Position numbers and translations under genes: made by a program
Notes under the pieces: model-generated
Seen by the model: the letters and a program-made list of their open reading frames with translations, nothing else
Told to the model about the DNA's origin: nothing
The model's database searches: none
In this document: one piece after another, positions 59,479 to 64,000 of the stretch
How positions within the stretch are numbered: the first letter of the stretch is position 1
How the letters are laid out: every line of letters begins with the position of its first letter
DNA from: Longimicrobiales bacterium
GTDB taxonomy: Bacteria > Gemmatimonadota > Gemmatimonadetes > Longimicrobiales > Gaopeijiaceae
Direction: 5' to 3'
Assembly (NCBI GenBank): GCA_965202985.1
Contig: CBDBCF010000001.1
Location: 1,248,001-1,312,000, forward strand
Length of the DNA: 64,000 bases

Positions 59479-61149
59479 CTAAGGAGACGCCATCTCGGCG
59501 GCGCGCAGCAGGGCCCGGGCCTTGTTGAGCGTCTCCTGGTGTTCGGCCTCGGGGTCGGAGTCGGCCACGATCCCGGCGCCTGCCTGAACCTGGGCTTCGC
59601 CGTCCCGCACGACCATGGTGCGGATGGCGATCGCGGTGTCCATTTGGCGGCCTCCCCAGCCCAAGTGGCCCACGGCTCCGGCGTAGGGTCCCCTTGCCGT
59701 GGGTTCCAGCTCGTCGATGATCTGCATGGCGCGAACCTTGGGCGCGCCGGAAACGGTGCCGGCTGGAAAGCAGGCGCCCAGCACATCCAGTGCGGACAGA
59801 CCGGCGCGCACCCGACCCTGGACCCGGCTGCACAAGTGCATGACGTGGGAATAGCGTTCCACTTGCATGAGTTCGGGCACGGAGACGGTTCCGTACTCCG
59901 ATACGCGCCCCACGTCGTTTCTGCCCAGGTCGACCAGCATGCGGTGCTCCGCCAGCTCTTTTTCATCCTTGGCCAGCGCTTCGGCCAGCGCTTGGTCTTC
60001 CTCCGGCGTGCGGCCGCGCCGGCGCGTGCCTGCTATGGGGCGGACCGTCACCACGCCGCCCTCCAGTCGCACGAGCACTTCCGGCGACGAACCGACGATG
60101 CTGAAGTCGTCCAGGTCCAGGTGGTACAAGTAGGGCGACGGGTTGATGGTGCGAATGGCCCGGTAGAGGTTGAACGCCGGTCCATGGAAGGGCATGGCAA
60201 GCCGCTGGCTGAGCACGACTTGAAAGGCGTCACCGGCGGCGATGTACTCCTTGACGCGCCGAACCGCCTTGAGGAAGGCCTGCCGTCCGAAGTTGCTGGT
60301 CCGGTGGGGAGCGTGGGGCCGGTCCGGCGTGTCGGACGAGGAACAAGCGTCGGCCGCGGCAAGGGCGTCGGATGGTGCGAGGGTGTCCGGCGCGGCAAGG
60401 ACGTCGGGCGCTGCGAACACTTCGCCCGTCGGCTCGTTGGGCCGCAATTCGAGCGGGTCGGGCGCGCACCTTGAACGGAGCCGGCCCACCGTCTCCTCCA
60501 GGCGCTCCACGGCGGCTTGGTAGCGCCGGGTCAGCTCGGCCCGGTCGGCGGCGCCGATCGAGTCGCCCGCGACGCCCGGACCCGCGGCCACAGGAGACGC
60601 TTCGGCCCCGGCGTCGGCGCCCGTCTCCACCGTGGTGATCGCCTTGGCCCTACCCGTCAGGTTGTCTACGGCCACCACCACGTCCGAGAACAGGAGCAGC
60701 GCCTCGGGGAAGCCTTGGTCGTCCGGCGGCCCCGGGCCAAGCTTCTCCAGGCGTCGCACCAAGTCGTACCCGAAGTAGCCGACGGCCCCGCCCCAGAAGC
60801 GGGGCAGCCGGAGGTCGCGGCGGGGCGCGAGCGTGGTCAGGCGCGCCTGCAGGTCCGCCAGGGGGTCGCGGACGTCCACCGAGATCCAACCGTCGCGGGG
60901 GTTCCAAACGGACATGGCGCCGCCCTCCAGCTTCCAAGCACCCTGGGGACGGCTTCCCAGAAAGCTGTAGCGTGCCCATTGTTCGCCGCCCACGACCGAC
61001 TCCAACAGAAAGCCGTAGGGACCGTCCTTCAGCTTGTGATAGGCGGTGACGGCGGTGTCCGAGTCGAACAGGAACTCGCACCAAACCGGGACGCGGACAC
61101 CGGGCGCTGCGCCGGCCAGGAACGACTTCAGGGAGGGGCGGGGGTTCAC
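59479..61149 (-). CDS. trpE: Anthranilate synthase component I
   Basis: FLLESVVGG, GDAFQVVLSQR, NPSPY, SSPE, PIAGT, EHRMLVDLGRND, GTVSGAPKVRAM; start uncertain (GTG 61149 or ATG 61206). Confidence 0.92.
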   Translation of the reverse strand: MNPRPSLKSFLAGAAPGVRVPVWCEFLFDSDTAVTAYHKLKDGPYGFLLESVVGGEQWARYSFLGSRPQGAWKLEGGAMSVWNPRDGWISVDVRDPLADLQARLTTLAPRRDLRLPRFWGGAVGYFGYDLVRRLEKLGPGPPDDQGFPEALLLFSDVVVAVDNLTGRAKAITTVETGADAGAEASPVAAGPGVAGDSIGAADRAELTRRYQAAVERLEETVGRLRSRCAPDPLELRPNEPTGEVFAAPDVLAAPDTLAPSDALAAADACSSSDTPDRPHAPHRTSNFGRQAFLKAVRRVKEYIAAGDAFQVVLSQRLAMPFHGPAFNLYRAIRTINPSPYLYHLDLDDFSIVGSSPEVLVRLEGGVVTVRPIAGTRRRGRTPEEDQALAEALAKDEKELAEHRMLVDLGRNDVGRVSEYGTVSVPELMQVERYSHVMHLCSRVQGRVRAGLSALDVLGACFPAGTVSGAPKVRAMQIIDELEPTARGPYAGAVGHLGWGGRQMDTAIAIRTMVVRDGEAQVQAGAGIVADSDPEAEHQETLNKARALLRAAEMASP

Positions 61150-61204
61150 GTCGGGCGGGCCGGGTGCTTGAAAGGCGGGGGCAGGGCGAACAGCTTTCAC
61201 GAAC

Positions 61205-63223
61205 ATGATCGAAATGTCGAAGAAACAGAACTCGGCGTCCCCTCCGTCGGCGCCTGCGCCGGCCGTCGTCGCCGTGGACACCGGCGGAACGTTCACGGAC
61301 CTGCTGGTCTTGGACGCCGAGAGGCCCGCCGGCGGCGCCCCGCTCCGCAACCTCAAGGTCCCGTCTACGCCGTCCGATCCCAGCCGGGCGGTCTTGGACG
61401 GCATCCAGGCGCTCGGACTGGCGAAGGGGACGTTCGTGCTGCTGCACGGGACCACGGTGGCCACCAACGCCTTGCTGGAGCGGAGCGGCGCGCGCGTGGG
61501 GCTGATCACCAACCGCGGCTTCGAGGACGTGATCGAGATCGGGCGCCAGAACCGCCCGCAGCTCTATGCGCTGGTGGGGCGCCGCAAGCCGCCGCTGGTG
61601 AGCCGCGAGGACCGGACCGGGGTGACGGGGCGGCTGGACCCGCAGGGGGCCGAGCTGGAGCCCTTGGACCCGGACGAGCTGGCCAAGTTGCGGGAGTGGG
61701 CGGCGGACCGGGAGTCGCTGGCGGTATGCCTCCTGCACGCCTACGCCCAGCCCGCCCACGAAGAGGCGGTCGCGGCGGCGCTGGAGGGCTGCGGGGCGCC
61801 GGTGTCGGTGTCGTCGCGGCTCCTCCCCGAGTTCCGCGAGTACGAACGGACGTCGACGACGGTGGTGAACGCGTTCGTGGCGCCGTTGGTGTCGGGCTAC
61901 TTGGAGCGGCTGGAACGCAGCGGGGCGCGGCGCACGAGCATCATGGGGTCCAACGGTGGGACGGTGCCGCTCCGGCGGGCCGCCCGGGAGCCCGTCCGCA
62001 CCGTCCTTTCGGGGCCGGCCGGGGGCGTGGTGGCCGCGCTGCACTGGGGCCGTCTGGCCGGCTTCGACGACGTGATCACCTTCGACATGGGCGGGACCTC
62101 CACCGACGTGTCGCTTTGTCCCGGGCACCCCTTGCGGACTCGCGAGTTCGCGGTGGACGGACAGCCGGTCGCCGTGCCGGTGCTGGACATCCACACGGTG
62201 GGGGCAGGCGGCGGCAGCATCGCCCGGCTGGACGCCGGCGGGGCGCTCAAGGTGGGGCCCGAGAGCGCGGGCGCGGCGCCGGGACCCGTGTGCTACGGGC
62301 GCGGGGGAACCGCCCCGACCGTGACCGACGCGCACGTGTGGCTGGGGCGTCTGCCGGTCGCGGGCTTCCTGGGGGGGAGCGCCAAGCTGGACCGGGCAGC
62401 CGTGGAGCCAGCGCTGGCGGAGCTGGCCGAGCGCATGGGAACCGGCGCGGCCGCCGCGGCGGAAGGAATCCTTTCGGTGGCCGACAGCGCCATGGAGCGC
62501 GCCCTCCGCGTGATCTCGGTGGAGCGCGGCTACGACCCCAGGGAGTTCTGCGTGGTGGCGTTCGGCGGCGCCGGCGGACTGCACGTGGCCGGACTCGCCG
62601 AGCGGATCGGCGCCGAGCGGGCGCTGGTCCCCCCCGCGCCCGGCCTGTTGTCGGCCTTTGGAATGCTGGTGGCGCCGGTGACCCGCGAGACTTCGCGCAC
62701 GGTGCTGCTGCGCTCCCGCGAGGCGGCCCTGGCCCCGCTCTTCGACGAGCTCGAGGCGGAGGCGGTGCGGGCCTTGCTGGAAGAAGGCTGCGACCAGGCC
62801 GACATCGTGGTGCGCCGCTCGGTGGACGCGCGCTACGCCGGCCAGAGCTTCGAGCTTCGCGTGCCCGCCCATGACTGGGTCGAGGCGTTCCACGCCGCTC
62901 ACGAGCAGCGGTACGGATACGCGCGCCGCGACAATGCCGTCGAGGCCGTGACGCTGCGCGCCGTGGCCCAGGTCCCGTCGCCCGAGTTTCACGTCCCGGG
63001 CCCAGCCCGCCGAGAGCCGCCGTCGCCGGACGCGGCAACGGTATTGACCGCCGAAGGGTCCATTGAAGTGGAGTTGTACGCTCGGGCGCGCCTGGGAGCG
63101 GGCGCGCGCCTGGCTGGTCCTGCAATCGTCACCGAATACTCGGGAACCACTTGGGTCCCGGAACGCTGGGAGTGCACCGTGGTGGAATCCGGAAGCCTGT
63201 TGCTCGAGAGATCAGCGTCGTGA
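61205..63223 (+). CDS. Hydantoinase/oxoprolinase family, A subunit
   Basis: DTGGTFTD, HGTTVATNA, LSGPAGG, DMGGTSTD, GAGGGS, PTVTDA. Confidence 0.93.
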   Translation: MIEMSKKQNSASPPSAPAPAVVAVDTGGTFTDLLVLDAERPAGGAPLRNLKVPSTPSDPSRAVLDGIQALGLAKGTFVLLHGTTVATNALLERSGARVGLITNRGFEDVIEIGRQNRPQLYALVGRRKPPLVSREDRTGVTGRLDPQGAELEPLDPDELAKLREWAADRESLAVCLLHAYAQPAHEEAVAAALEGCGAPVSVSSRLLPEFREYERTSTTVVNAFVAPLVSGYLERLERSGARRTSIMGSNGGTVPLRRAAREPVRTVLSGPAGGVVAALHWGRLAGFDDVITFDMGGTSTDVSLCPGHPLRTREFAVDGQPVAVPVLDIHTVGAGGGSIARLDAGGALKVGPESAGAAPGPVCYGRGGTAPTVTDAHVWLGRLPVAGFLGGSAKLDRAAVEPALAELAERMGTGAAAAAEGILSVADSAMERALRVISVERGYDPREFCVVAFGGAGGLHVAGLAERIGAERALVPPAPGLLSAFGMLVAPVTRETSRTVLLRSREAALAPLFDELEAEAVRALLEEGCDQADIVVRRSVDARYAGQSFELRVPAHDWVEAFHAAHEQRYGYARRDNAVEAVTLRAVAQVPSPEFHVPGPARREPPSPDAATVLTAEGSIEVELYARARLGAGARLAGPAIVTEYSGTTWVPERWECTVVESGSLLLERSAS

Positions 63224-64000
63224 GCGGCGCGTCGGCTGGCCCCCGCCCCCCTTACGGCTGGGCCGCCCTGGCCGGGTCCGCGGTCGGCCTTCTCTACGTG
63301 ATCACGCTGTCTCCGACCACCGCTTTCTGGGACACCAGCGAGTACATCGCCACGGCGCACATCTTGGGCATCCCGCACCCGCCCGGGAACCCGCTCTTCG
63401 TGGTGCTGGCGCGCACGTGGGAGCTGCTCCTGGCCCCGTTCGGCCTGTCCACGGCGGTCCGCGTCAACCTCTTCTCCACGCTCATGAGCAGCTTGGCGCA
63501 CGGCCTCTGGTTCCTGGTCGTGCACCACGTGCTTCGCTACTTCTCGGAGGACCGGCGCTTCCGCTTGTGCGGCGCCTTCGTCGCGGTGCTGTGCAGCGCC
63601 ACCGCGTTCACGGTCTGGAACCAGTCCAACGTGAACGAAAAGGTCTACACGGTCTCGCTCTTCACGATCGCGCTGTTGTCCTGGCTTGCATTCCGGTGGC
63701 AGGAAACGCTGGACAAGGGCAGGCACGGCAATCTGCTGGTCCTGATGGCGTTCATCTTGGCGCTGTCGGTGGGCAACCACCTCATGGCCTTCCTGGCGGC
63801 GCCCGCGCTGTTGGTCTTCATCGCGATCGTTCGCCCGTCCACCTTCCTGCAGCCCCGCTTGTACGCGGCCGGGGCGGCGGCCTTGGTGCTGGGTCTGTCC
63901 ATTCACCTGTTCTTGCCGGTGCGTTCCGAGCTGCGGCCGATCATCAACGAGGCCCAGCCTACGTGCGAAGGCGTCGGCGACGCTTTGGGCGCCATCGTCA
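63220..64000 (+). CDS. DUF2723 / TMEM260-like membrane glycosyltransferase (runs off window end)
   Basis: Manual translation from GTG 63220: LSPTTAFWDTSEYIA...GIPHPPGNPLF...EKVY...GNH. Confidence 0.85.
   Translation, partial: MSGASAGPRPPYGWAALAGSAVGLLYVITLSPTTAFWDTSEYIATAHILGIPHPPGNPLFVVLARTWELLLAPFGLSTAVRVNLFSTLMSSLAHGLWFLVVHHVLRYFSEDRRFRLCGAFVAVLCSATAFTVWNQSNVNEKVYTVSLFTIALLSWLAFRWQETLDKGRHGNLLVLMAFILALSVGNHLMAFLAAPALLVFIAIVRPSTFLQPRLYAAGAAALVLGLSIHLFLPVRSELRPIINEAQPTCEGVGDALGAIV

Noticed and set aside
38330..59480. Integrative element with att sites or target duplication
   Set aside because: No integrase, tRNA or flanking direct repeat found by eye; looks like an accreted island
61169..61199. 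TGAAAG-N19-CTTTCA inverted repeat between trpE and the hydantoinase gene
   Set aside because: Only 6-bp arms; could be chance, and no trp attenuator leader peptide is visible

Overview
High-GC bacterial chromosome segment. SusC/SusD in a high-GC genome, many Tat/lipoprotein peptidases, a HEAT-cyclophilin fusion and DUF2723 suggest Gemmatimonadota, possibly host- or sponge-associated (inference only). 1-38.3 kb is housekeeping and catabolic: purK-purE, tyrS, a partial men cluster (menD-B-A-E), a Tat amidase, a BNR-propeller + MoaD pair, DegT, SusC/D, beta-propellers, pcm, ATL, a giant M14 peptidase, HIT, and a closely packed GNAT/S9/M19/D-aminoacylase/DadA run. 38.3-59.5 kb is a compositionally patchy accessory/defence island. 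It holds (i) a translationally coupled pair of STAND-like ATPases, one with a low-GC TPR region, behind a near-consensus sigma70 promoter embedded in a TGACAG repeat array with an upstream inverted repeat; (ii) a lone TonB-dependent receptor; (iii) a type III-like R-M operon with three cargo genes between res and mod, two of them frameshifted, followed by MNT, ABC-ATPase and PIN; (iv) relics: an IS5 fragment, a truncated DISARM drmD, a DUF262-HNH gene, and an Rpn pseudogene with an intact small C-terminal ORF. 59.5-64 kb: trpE, hydantoinase/oxoprolinase A, and a partial DUF2723 gene. No rRNA, tRNA or CRISPR seen. All family calls come from motif recognition by eye; no searches were run.
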